A stretch of 64,000 nucleotides of DNA from Bacillota bacterium (GTDB lineage Bacteria; Bacillota; Limnochordia; Darwinibacteriales; JAAYFS01): the NCBI GenBank assembly GCA_012728115.1, contig JAAYFS010000002.1:4818-68817 (forward strand), in the 5' to 3' direction. Shown one piece after another: positions 28,666 through 37,093 of this stretch. Each line of letters opens with the position of its first letter. Within the stretch, counting starts at the first letter, position 1. The position numbers were made by a program, and so were the translations under genes. The notes beneath the pieces were generated by a model. The model had not been told where the DNA came from. It worked only from the letters and a program-made list of their open reading frames with translations, and did no database searches.

Positions 28666-30372
28666 CTAATCTTTATTGTCGATACTATTAAAGGTGCGTT
28701 GATAGACACCTGCTACAGCCTCTGCAACATTATTTGCATGATCAGCTACTCGTTCTAAGTTACTAATCAAATCAAGGAACAACATTCCAGAATCTGGTGT
28801 ACAAAGCCCTTCATTTAAACGTTGAATGTGGTTCTCGCGAAATTCTCGTTCCATTTTATCGATTAGATCATCTTCCCTAATCAATAATTCAGCCTCTTCA
28901 CGTTTATCACTCTGTAGTAATTCGATCGCTTTGGTATAAATCCGAATAACTTCGCTGTACATCATATCAAGCTCTTTCATCGCGACTTCGCTGATATGAA
29001 TATTATTTTCGATCTTCTCTAGTGCAAGTTCCGAAATATTAGTAGCATGGTCCGCAACTCGTTCTATATCATTTACGTTATGCATTAAACTAGTAATGAG
29101 ATGGTATTGTTTTGTTGTCATAGGGTTTTGACTCGCATCGGAAAGATAAGCAGTTATGCTACGCTCTAATTCGTTAACAACTTCCTCTTTACGTCTTATA
29201 TCAGTAATCATTTTTGTATCGTTGTTGATAAAAGCTTCAACGGCTTCTTTTAGCATGTCCAATGACAGGTCAGCCATCCGTTTAATCTCTTGGGTAGCAT
29301 TAAGAATTGCGGCTGGAGAGTGCAACATCCGGCGATCGAGGAACTTTGGTTTGCATTCGAGAATTTCTTCTTCACCTGGAAGAATTTTTGTCAGTATGTT
29401 TACGAATATCTTAATAAATGGTAAGAGAATAACTGAAGTAGAAATATTAAAGATGGTATGTGCGTTTGCTATTTGTCGAGCTACCACGTTTGGAGAAATG
29501 GAAAGAACTAATTGAGAAAATGGTTTTAAAAGGATTAAGGCAATCAAGACGCCGAGGACGTTGAATAAAACGTGAGCTACAGCTGCTCGTCTGGCAGTTA
29601 AGGAAGCCCCGATTGATGCTAGTAAAGCAGTTATACAAGTTCCGACATTAGCTCCAAGAATGATCGATAGCCCAGAATCGAAACTTATTAAGTTTTGCAA
29701 TGAAAGAGCGATCACAATACCAGTAGTAGCACTCGAACTTTGAATGATCATTGTAAAAACCATTCCTGCTAAGACACCGAAGATTGGCGTTCTACCTAAT
29801 TTGACTAATAGATCAATAAAAGGCTGAAAGTCTCTCAATGGCTTCAACGAGTCGCTCATAATAGTCAACCCTAAAAAGAGGATTCCGAAACCAAGAATCG
29901 ATTGACCCACATAGCGGGTAACTCTACTCTTGCTTAAGAAATTTAAAGCGAATCCCAGTGCAATTGCTGGAAGAGCCAGATGCGAAATGTCAAAGGATAC
30001 GATTTGTGCTGTAATAGTTGTACCAATATTAGCACCCATTATTGTTCCAACTGCTTGGATCAAATTCATTAGTCCTGCATTTACAAAACCAATGATCATT
30101 ACGGTAGTGGCACTACTTGACTGTACCAACATGGTTACGATTGCGCCAGTGAGCACTGCCACAAGCGGATGAGAGGTGAACAATTCAAGGATTCTGCGTA
30201 AGCGTTCACCTGCGGCCTTTTGTAATCCTTCGGCCATCGCCTGCATCCCATAAAGGAAAAGCCCGAGCCCCCCCGCAAGTCCTAAAAACATATAAATGTC
30301 CATTCTTTTTGACCCCTTCTCAAAAAAGATTAAAAGCGCTGAACATGAAAACACTGCAATAATAACTAACAA
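28666..30372 (-). CDS. Na+/phosphate cotransporter (NptA-like) with a C-terminal PhoU-like domain
   Basis: A 568-aa protein with an N-terminal Na/Pi-cotransporter TM core and duplicated PhoU-like helical repeats at the C-terminus ('DIERVADHATN' twice). Confidence 0.8.
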   Translation of the reverse strand: MLVIIAVFSCSALLIFFEKGSKRMDIYMFLGLAGGLGLFLYGMQAMAEGLQKAAGERLRRILELFTSHPLVAVLTGAIVTMLVQSSSATTVMIIGFVNAGLMNLIQAVGTIMGANIGTTITAQIVSFDISHLALPAIALGFALNFLSKSRVTRYVGQSILGFGILFLGLTIMSDSLKPLRDFQPFIDLLVKLGRTPIFGVLAGMVFTMIIQSSSATTGIVIALSLQNLISFDSGLSIILGANVGTCITALLASIGASLTARRAAVAHVLFNVLGVLIALILLKPFSQLVLSISPNVVARQIANAHTIFNISTSVILLPFIKIFVNILTKILPGEEEILECKPKFLDRRMLHSPAAILNATQEIKRMADLSLDMLKEAVEAFINNDTKMITDIRRKEEVVNELERSITAYLSDASQNPMTTKQYHLITSLMHNVNDIERVADHATNISELALEKIENNIHISEVAMKELDMMYSEVIRIYTKAIELLQSDKREEAELLIREDDLIDKMEREFRENHIQRLNEGLCTPDSGMLFLDLISNLERVADHANNVAEAVAGVYQRTFNSIDNKD

Positions 30373-30501
30373 ATGTTCTATTGCAGTGATTCGAAATACC
30401 GTGTTTCATATTCTATGTTGAAAAGGGATACCCTTTTAAAGAACGCTTTCTGTTTTTTATTTTACATAAACTTAGTATGCTGTTTACACCAAAGGCAAGA
30501 T

Positions 30502-30654
30502 TTAATCGTTCTTTAGCCTTTTATAGGCTTGCATTAATGATTTTATCCCGCGATTCTTTGCACTCTTGCTGAGAGTATTTTCCTTTTTAATAGCTTCAAT
30601 TGCATCTTTGATCATTTTAATCCGATCCTGATCCTGTCTTGTCACTACTGCCAT
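30502..30654 (-). CDS. Small hypothetical basic protein (50 aa), not in the ORF track
   Basis: ATG preceded by RBS 'aaggagg' at a 6-nt spacing. The ORF is MAVVTRQDQDRIKMIKDAIEAIKKENTLSKSAKNRGIKSLMQAYKRLKND. It lies between spmB and the Na/Pi transporter. Confidence 0.5.
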   Translation of the reverse strand: MAVVTRQDQDRIKMIKDAIEAIKKENTLSKSAKNRGIKSLMQAYKRLKND

Positions 30655-30732
30655 CGAACGTCCTCCTTAGCATTAAACCTTCTTGATAAACAGTATGTCC
30701 CTTACTAGGAGGTTTATTCCAAATTTTTCACA

Positions 30733-31269
30733 TCAGCCGAAGATTTTTGCTACGATAAGGACTGAAACTATAAATCCAACGATATCAGCAGCCAGGCAGG
30801 TAATAAGTGAGTGGCGAATTTTCTTGATCCCAACAGAACCGAAATACACTGTGATGACATAAAAGGTTGTTTCTGTACATCCTTGAATTGTAGAGGCGAG
30901 TCTCCCGATAAAGGAATCGGGACCATACGTCCCAAGGATATAAGAAAGCATCGCTAATGCTCCCGAACCCGAGAGAGGGCGAATGATTGCCAGGGGAAGC
31001 ACTTCATTTGGAACTCCTAACTTTTGGGTAAGAGGAGCCATGAACATAATCAGTTTATCCATTGCTCCTGATTGACGGAAAATTTGAATGGCAATCAGCA
31101 TCGCTACTAAGTAAGGTAGGATCCTTACCGATGTGTTGTATCCTTCCTTTGCTCCAGCGACAAAACTCTCGTAAATCGGAACTTTACGAATTATTCCGAT
31201 TGTAGGGATTGCTAAAAGCAAGAGGGGAATTGCCCAACGCGAGATTGAGTTAATGAAAGAAAGCATCAT
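30733..31269 (-). CDS. spmB: Spore maturation protein B
   Basis: A 178-aa nucleoside-transporter-like membrane protein directly downstream of spmA with a 4-bp overlap, which is the typical spmAB arrangement. Confidence 0.8.
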   Translation of the reverse strand: MMLSFINSISRWAIPLLLLAIPTIGIIRKVPIYESFVAGAKEGYNTSVRILPYLVAMLIAIQIFRQSGAMDKLIMFMAPLTQKLGVPNEVLPLAIIRPLSGSGALAMLSYILGTYGPDSFIGRLASTIQGCTETTFYVITVYFGSVGIKKIRHSLITCLAADIVGFIVSVLIVAKIFG

Positions 31270-31853
31270 TTACCCCTCCTAGAAAACCTTTTGAGCACTC
31301 TATCAAATGTGAAGGCAGTTAAGGTTGAAGCAAAAGTTGCTATAATAGTGGTTCCGATAATTTCAGTTGGATTTGCGGATCCTTGGGCAACCCTAAAAGC
31401 GATAACGGTACTTGGAATAACCGTCAAACTAGAAGAGGTGATGGCTACAAATGTGCACATGCTATCGCTAGCGACAGTTTTATCTTTGTTTATCTTTTGC
31501 ATTTCATCCATTGCTTTCAAACTCAAGGGTGTACAGGCATTTCCCAATCCCAAAAAATTTGCACTCATACTTAAAAGAATAGCGCCCATCGCTTTATGTC
31601 CTTTAGGAATCTCAGGAAAGAGTAATTTTCCCAATGGTTGAAGAACCTTTGCGATAAATTCCATTAAGCCAGCATCTTCGGCAATTTTCATCATTCCAGA
31701 CCAAAAGGAAATAATACCGATCAACCCAAAGGCGATCGTAACGGCTTGCTCAGCACCCTGCAAACTTGCTTGCGTAATGATATCGATTTTTCCGTTATTT
31801 ACAGCCATTATTATTCCCGAAGCGATCATCAAGAACCAAATAATATTGATCAT
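31266..31853 (-). CDS. spmA: Spore maturation protein A
   Basis: A membrane protein of the SpmA family. The start is at 'MINIIWFLMIASG' after RBS 'aaggggg'. Confidence 0.8.
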   Translation of the reverse strand: MINIIWFLMIASGIIMAVNNGKIDIITQASLQGAEQAVTIAFGLIGIISFWSGMMKIAEDAGLMEFIAKVLQPLGKLLFPEIPKGHKAMGAILLSMSANFLGLGNACTPLSLKAMDEMQKINKDKTVASDSMCTFVAITSSSLTVIPSTVIAFRVAQGSANPTEIIGTTIIATFASTLTAFTFDRVLKRFSRRGK

Positions 31854-32202
31854 AGTGTTCCCCCTTCTTGGATACAAGTCATTCAATTGATATGCGAAAA
31901 AGGGAGCTGATATTAACTGGTTAAGATATTAATCAGTTGACAGGGAACAGGTTAATTGCCTTTCTAATTTAATTGTTGTTTAAAAAGATATATGTTATAA
32001 TTTTCTTAGAATAAATAATGAAAGAGGGTTTTGCAACATGGATGACTCGCCGTTACCTCCGCGCATGTATTTAATGTGGCTTAAATATTATGTGTTGGTA
32101 CTGGCAAGGATGTCGAATGCTCCTCCGGCTAGATTCCTCTGTTGAGTGATGATATCTGTTTTCGATGTCATCTCAAAAAGCGATTGGAGGAATCAAGATT
32201 TT

Positions 32203-33456
32203 ATGGACGGTAGTATAACGGTTGTAATTAGTATTGCTGTACTTCTGTTAATGTCGGCGTATTTTTCGGCAACCGAAACTGCTTTTTCATCTTTAAGTAA
32301 AATTCGTTTGAAAAACTTAATATCAACTGGAAACAAACGTGCTGAGCTAACACTATCACTGGCTGAAAATTACGATCGCCTGATCTCGACGATCCTAATC
32401 GGGAATAACATTGTCAATATTTTAATTGCGTCTTTAATGACCGCATTTTTTGTGAAATATTATGGGAACGTTGGAGTTAGTATAGCAACAGGCGTATCCA
32501 CTGTTTTAGTGTTAATTTTCGGAGAGATTTCGCCAAAGAGTTTTGCGATAGAATCCCCAGAAAGCTTTGCGATGTTTTCTGCTCCGATTCTTAAGTTTCT
32601 TGACGTTATTCTGTCGCCAATAAATTTCCTCTTTGTTTATTGGAAAAAGTTCTTATCCTTATTTATTAAAGTAAGTGACGAACGAGCAATTACCGAAGAG
32701 GACTTATTAACTTTCGTGGAAGAAGCACGACAAGACGGTGGAATTAATCAGCAAGAGGGAGATTTAATCCGTAGTGTTATTGAATTTGACGATCTCGAAG
32801 CTGTCGATATTCTTACTCCACGGGTAGATGTAGTAGCGGTTTCCGACACAGCAACATTAGATGAGATCAAACAAGTCTTTATTGAAACGGGGTACTCGCG
32901 ACTTCCTGTATTCAAAGGAACAATTGATAACGTTATAGGGATCCTTCACCACAAAGATTTTTATAATAGCGTGCTTTCCAGTGGTAAACCATTGAAAAGT
33001 GTTTTGCAACCAGCAGTGTTCATTACCAAATCGATGAAGATCTCAAGCGTACTGTCGTTATTACAGCAAAGTAAATCGCACATTGCTATCATTAAGGACG
33101 AATTCGGAGGTACGAGTGGGATAATAACAATGGAAGATATTTTAGAAGAATTAGTTGGGGAAATATGGGATGAACACGATGAAGTTGTTACCGAGTTTGA
33201 ACAAATAAGTGAAGATGAATACAGAGTACTATGTAGTATCAGTATAGACAAAGTGTTCGACTTTTTCGGGATTAAGGACGAAGTTGACGTTTCCACAGTG
33301 AGCGGTTGGGTGATCGAAGAGTTTGGAAGAATCCCAAATGAAGGCGATCAGTTTGAATACGGCAATTTAACCGTTATAGTCTCGAAAACCGATTATTGTC
33401 GAGTGCTAGAAGTTGTGATCAGGGTGAACGAAAACCTGTCGCATACTGCAAGTTAA
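32203..33456 (+). CDS. CorC/HlyC (TlyC)-family transporter: DUF21 + CBS pair + CorC_HlyC C-terminal domain
   Basis: Four N-terminal TM helices (DUF21), tandem CBS domains and a transporter-associated C-terminal domain. The start is at 'MDGSITVV' after RBS 'ttggagg'. Confidence 0.85.
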   Translation: MDGSITVVISIAVLLLMSAYFSATETAFSSLSKIRLKNLISTGNKRAELTLSLAENYDRLISTILIGNNIVNILIASLMTAFFVKYYGNVGVSIATGVSTVLVLIFGEISPKSFAIESPESFAMFSAPILKFLDVILSPINFLFVYWKKFLSLFIKVSDERAITEEDLLTFVEEARQDGGINQQEGDLIRSVIEFDDLEAVDILTPRVDVVAVSDTATLDEIKQVFIETGYSRLPVFKGTIDNVIGILHHKDFYNSVLSSGKPLKSVLQPAVFITKSMKISSVLSLLQQSKSHIAIIKDEFGGTSGIITMEDILEELVGEIWDEHDEVVTEFEQISEDEYRVLCSISIDKVFDFFGIKDEVDVSTVSGWVIEEFGRIPNEGDQFEYGNLTVIVSKTDYCRVLEVVIRVNENLSHTAS

Positions 33457-33471
33457 TCACAAGTTCACAAA

Positions 33472-33502
33472 AGAGTCATCGAAAGATGGCTCTTTTTTTG
33501 AC
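33472..33502 (+). terminator. Rho-independent terminator after the corC-like gene
   Basis: agagtcatc-gaaa-gatggctct followed by ttttttt. Confidence 0.75.
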
Positions 33503-33572
33503 TAAAGTGCCAACTAGTTTAATTTAGAGGAGAACCAAACGTTACCCGAAAGCATCTGTTTTAATTAGCGAT

Positions 33573-33620
33573 AAAAAATACCCCGTAAGGGACTACATAT
33601 TGGTCCGCCTCACGGGGTAT
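33573..33620 (-). terminator. Terminator for the minus-strand AKR gene
   Basis: On the minus strand: ataccccgt ... acggggtat followed by ttttttat. Confidence 0.6.
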
Positions 33621-33667
33621 CTACTTAGCATAAGATATTCTAATTCATGTTCAAATTAAGTCTTAAT

Positions 33668-34756
33668 TTAAGATAACGCTGCTGCAGTTTGCTTGAGTTG
33701 TTCGATAATCTTAATTTTTTGTGGACATTTAGGTTCGCACACACCACACTCGATACATGCTCCGGCATGTTCGCTTCTATCGACCAAGTGTGAATACCTT
33801 CTTTTTGCGTAATCTGTGAGTTGATAAACGCGGTGATAGTTCATATTACGGAAATTCTCAGGAATATTTACTCCATTAGGGCAAGGCATGCAATAATTAC
33901 AGCCTGTACAATACAGATCAGCTAAACGCTTATTCTCTTCAAGCATTGCATTGATCCGTTCGATTTCCTCGGTACTGAGTTGAGTTGGACGTGAGGCTAT
34001 CGCTACGTTATCTTCAACCATTTCTATAGATTGCATTCCTGAAAGAGCTACATCCACATTAGGATTAGCAAAAACAAAGCGCAAAGCAGCCTCGGCAGTG
34101 CTTTTAACTCCGCCAGGGATCATTTTTATGATCGCTTCTGAAGGAGCGCCTAACCGTCCGCCGCCAACGGGACCCATTACAGCAACTCCCAGACCCTTGC
34201 TCTTGGCATAGGCGATCGCTTCTTCGTTAGAGCGGTCAAGTAGGTTATATTGCACCAACATTGATTCAAAATGACCAGTATCGATTATTTTAAAGAGGTT
34301 TTCTGGTTTGTCATGGAAAGAAAATGAAATATGCTTTATAAGTCCATCTTCCTTAGCTTTGTAAGCTGCTTCGAGTGGCCCGTTTGGAACATCGATTTTC
34401 TCTTGATACACTTTCCAGTTAATTCCCCACATATGATAGAAATCTATGTAGTCTGTATCAAGTTTTCTTAATGAATCTTCCAAACGTTTACGCCAGTTCT
34501 CGCCGCTATCGTCGAGGATTTGGTTCTTGGTGGACAGATATACTTTGTCGCGATATCCATCTTTCAAAGCCTTGCCAACAAAGACTTCGCTGTCCCCGTC
34601 AAGATAACCAGGAGCGGTGTCGACATAGTTAATTCCCAGATCAAAGCCCCGGCGCAAAACAGCGATAGCTTGCTGTTCATCCCTTGGAAGACGCATTGCG
34701 CCAAATCCGAGATTAGACAACTTTACACCAGTATTGCCGAACGTGCGATACTGCAT
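33668..34756 (-). CDS. Aldo/keto reductase fused to a C-terminal 2x[4Fe-4S] ferredoxin-like domain
   Basis: An AKR N-terminus ('GTSGVKLSNLGFGAMRL') and C-terminal Cys clusters 'CTGCNYCMPCP' and 'CIECGVCEPKCP'. Confidence 0.85.
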   Translation of the reverse strand: MQYRTFGNTGVKLSNLGFGAMRLPRDEQQAIAVLRRGFDLGINYVDTAPGYLDGDSEVFVGKALKDGYRDKVYLSTKNQILDDSGENWRKRLEDSLRKLDTDYIDFYHMWGINWKVYQEKIDVPNGPLEAAYKAKEDGLIKHISFSFHDKPENLFKIIDTGHFESMLVQYNLLDRSNEEAIAYAKSKGLGVAVMGPVGGGRLGAPSEAIIKMIPGGVKSTAEAALRFVFANPNVDVALSGMQSIEMVEDNVAIASRPTQLSTEEIERINAMLEENKRLADLYCTGCNYCMPCPNGVNIPENFRNMNYHRVYQLTDYAKRRYSHLVDRSEHAGACIECGVCEPKCPQKIKIIEQLKQTAAALS

Positions 34757-34885
34757 TCTTGTTCCTCCTTAATCATGAATAAAAGTTTATACAACACTAA
34801 TTTTACCACTTTTACTAAAGCTTGTCTATTGGAGTAAGATAGTAAGAAATGATGAGAAAAAAGGAGAAAAACAAGGAATTCGAAG

Positions 34886-34975
34886 TCTGATGTTTCCTGA
34901 CCATTGTTCTTAAATCTTGCATATCGTTAAAAGCTATGTGTTATAATAAAAATGCGAAGGTCAGGAATGGTCAGA
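34886..34975 (+). promoter_or_regulatory. ctsR operon promoter (TTGCAT ... TGtTATAAT) with CtsR heptad operators
   Basis: Perfect tandem heptads GGTCAGG-AAT-GGTCAGA at 34959-34975, between the -10 and the ctsR start. A second, inverted GGTCAGG copy lies at 34896-34902 near the -35. Consensus is A/GGTCAAAnAnA/GGTCAAA. Confidence 0.8.
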
Positions 34976-34980
34976 CGGAG

Positions 34981-35457
34981 GTGGATTTGTTGGCAACGTT
35001 AGCAGATATTATCGAAGACTATATTAAACGCCAGTTACAGAAAAGTCACAATAGTATAGTGGTGATAAATAGAGCCCAATTAGCTGACAGTTTTGAATGC
35101 GCTCCCTCTCAAATAAACTATGTATTGGAGACGCGTTTCAATAAAGAGCGAGGATACATTATTGAAAGTCGCCGCGGTGGTGGCGGTTACATTCGCATTG
35201 TTAAAATTCGTTCGGATGATATAGATAAGACTGTAGGGAAGTTGATCGGTCGCATTGGAAATTCGATATCACCAAAAGGGGTAGACAACATTTTAGTTGT
35301 CCTGCATGATATGGGATTTCTTTCGACAAAGAATGTTCAGCTAATTCGGGGTGTTATTCAGCAAGAAACTGCAGGCGTTGTTCAAGGTGAGGATATGTTA
35401 AGGGCAAAACTATTGAGAGCGATGCTTTGTCTGAAACTTCAAGAGATCAACGATTAG
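34981..35457 (+). CDS. ctsR: Transcriptional repressor of class III heat-shock genes
   Basis: 'LADIIEDYIKRQLQ...ESRRGGGGYIRI' is canonical CtsR (winged HTH plus the glycine-rich loop). The GTG start after RBS 'gacggag' is preferred over the track's upstream ATG. Confidence 0.92.
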   Translation: MDLLATLADIIEDYIKRQLQKSHNSIVVINRAQLADSFECAPSQINYVLETRFNKERGYIIESRRGGGGYIRIVKIRSDDIDKTVGKLIGRIGNSISPKGVDNILVVLHDMGFLSTKNVQLIRGVIQQETAGVVQGEDMLRAKLLRAMLCLKLQEIND

Positions 35458-35476
35458 GGTCAGGGGAGGCGAGTTT

Positions 35477-35977
35477 ATGCTTTGCGAAAGATGCGGTGAA
35501 AAACAAGCGACGGTGCATATGACCCAGATCGACAATCATGAAAAGCGAGAGGTTCATTTGTGCCAGGAATGTGCCCAGCATTACGATGAATTCCTTCCAG
35601 GCTTTAGTATCAATTTTGACTTTAGCAATATGTTGGCAAGTCTTTTCGAACAATCGAATATTTGGGGTAAGACTTCGCAACCAACAGTAGCTTGTAGCAA
35701 TTGTAACCAAACCTTAGCGGATATTCAACGCATTGGGGAATTAGGTTGTAGTGGATGTTATGAGACATTCAAGAATGAAATAAATCCATTGCTGCGACGA
35801 ATTCATGGAAGTACCAGGCATGTAGGAAAAATTCCTTCTACTCGGTATGCCAAGGTGAAAAAACAGCGTCAGATCGAAGACCTTCAAAAACAGTTACAGG
35901 AAGCTATTGGCGTAGAAAACTATGAAAAAGCAGCAGAATTGCGCGATGAAATTCGCCGATTAGAGAAGGAGCTTTAA
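35477..35977 (+). CDS. mcsA: McsA (zinc-finger/UVR-domain activator of McsB)
   Basis: An N-terminal CxxC zinc-finger repeat ('CERCGEKQATVHMTQIDNHEKREVHLCQECAQ') and a C-terminal UVR motif. Confidence 0.9.
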   Translation: MLCERCGEKQATVHMTQIDNHEKREVHLCQECAQHYDEFLPGFSINFDFSNMLASLFEQSNIWGKTSQPTVACSNCNQTLADIQRIGELGCSGCYETFKNEINPLLRRIHGSTRHVGKIPSTRYAKVKKQRQIEDLQKQLQEAIGVENYEKAAELRDEIRRLEKEL

Positions 35978-36003
35978 GGATGCGGTGAAGGGGGCAGACT
36001 GAT

Positions 36004-37062
36004 ATGGATATTAAAGATTCGATGGCTCGCACATTAAGTTCTTGGATGAAGGTCGAGGGGCCAAACGGTGATATCGTACTGGGAACTAGAGTAAGGCTAG
36101 CACGCAATGTTGTTGGGATACCTTTTCCTGCAACAGCAAAAAAAGAACAACTACGGCATTTGCTCGATATTTCCGAAGGATTAGTATCTGAACTAAGTTC
36201 GGTGGAAAAATTTACTTTCCTTAAAATGGCTGAAGTGGATTCTTTGGAACGTCAATTGCTAGTCGAAAAACATTTGATCAGTCCTAGCCATATCCATAAT
36301 ACCAGTACCAAGGGTTTGCTTCTTGGGGAGAATGAAGATACCAGTATTATGATCAATGAAGAGGACCATTTCCGGATTCAGGTTCTCTTCCCAGGCTTAC
36401 AGCTCGAATCCGCTTGGAGAAAGGCAAACAAAGTAGATGATGTAATTGAGGAAAAGGTCGATTATGCTTTTGATATGGAAAGAGGTTTTCTAACTGCATG
36501 TCCGACAAATGTTGGAACAGCGATGCGAGCATCGGTGATGGTACACCTCCCTGCCCTAACCAGAGTTAATCAATTAAAAAGAATGCTTACCACAATTACG
36601 CAATTTGGTTTAGTTGTCAGAGGGTTGTATGGAGAGGGTAGCGAATCGAGCGGCAATATCTATCAGATATCCAATCAAGTTACATTAGGACATAGTGAAG
36701 AGGAAATAATCGATCATCTGCAAAGAATAACCTCTCAAGTATTAACGGGCGAAAGAAAAGCTAGGGAATACTTACTGGAGTCTGAGAGAAGATTACAGAT
36801 AGAGGATATGGTACACCGATCTTTTGGTATTTTGACAAATGCGAGAATTATCACATCCAAAGAAGCTATGTCGTTGCTATCTGATGTACGTTTAGGAATA
36901 GATTTAGGATTGATCAAAGATCTTGATAAGGATATACTAAAACAACTAATGGTACTAATTAGGCAAGCGCATTTACAAAAATTTATGGGACAAAATTTAC
37001 CCTCAGAGGAACGGGACCGTTTAAGAGCGGCTCTAATTAGAGGTAAGTTATTGAATAAATAG
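36004..37062 (+). CDS. mcsB: Protein arginine kinase McsB
   Basis: A phosphagen-kinase-like domain ('[20 protein letters not shown]'), 352 aa, positioned between mcsA and clpC. Confidence 0.92.
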   Translation: MDIKDSMARTLSSWMKVEGPNGDIVLGTRVRLARNVVGIPFPATAKKEQLRHLLDISEGLVSELSSVEKFTFLKMAEVDSLERQLLVEKHLISPSHIHNTSTKGLLLGENEDTSIMINEEDHFRIQVLFPGLQLESAWRKANKVDDVIEEKVDYAFDMERGFLTACPTNVGTAMRASVMVHLPALTRVNQLKRMLTTITQFGLVVRGLYGEGSESSGNIYQISNQVTLGHSEEEIIDHLQRITSQVLTGERKAREYLLESERRLQIEDMVHRSFGILTNARIITSKEAMSLLSDVRLGIDLGLIKDLDKDILKQLMVLIRQAHLQKFMGQNLPSEERDRLRAALIRGKLLNK

Positions 37063-37093
37063 GAAAAATATTCGAGAAAAGGAAGGTGAGAAT

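Noticed and set aside
31900-32202. Possible M-box (Mg2+) riboswitch ahead of the CorC-family transporter
   Set aside because: I could not find the conserved M-box core sequences by eye. It is kept only as an unclassified leader and uORF hypothesis in the findings.
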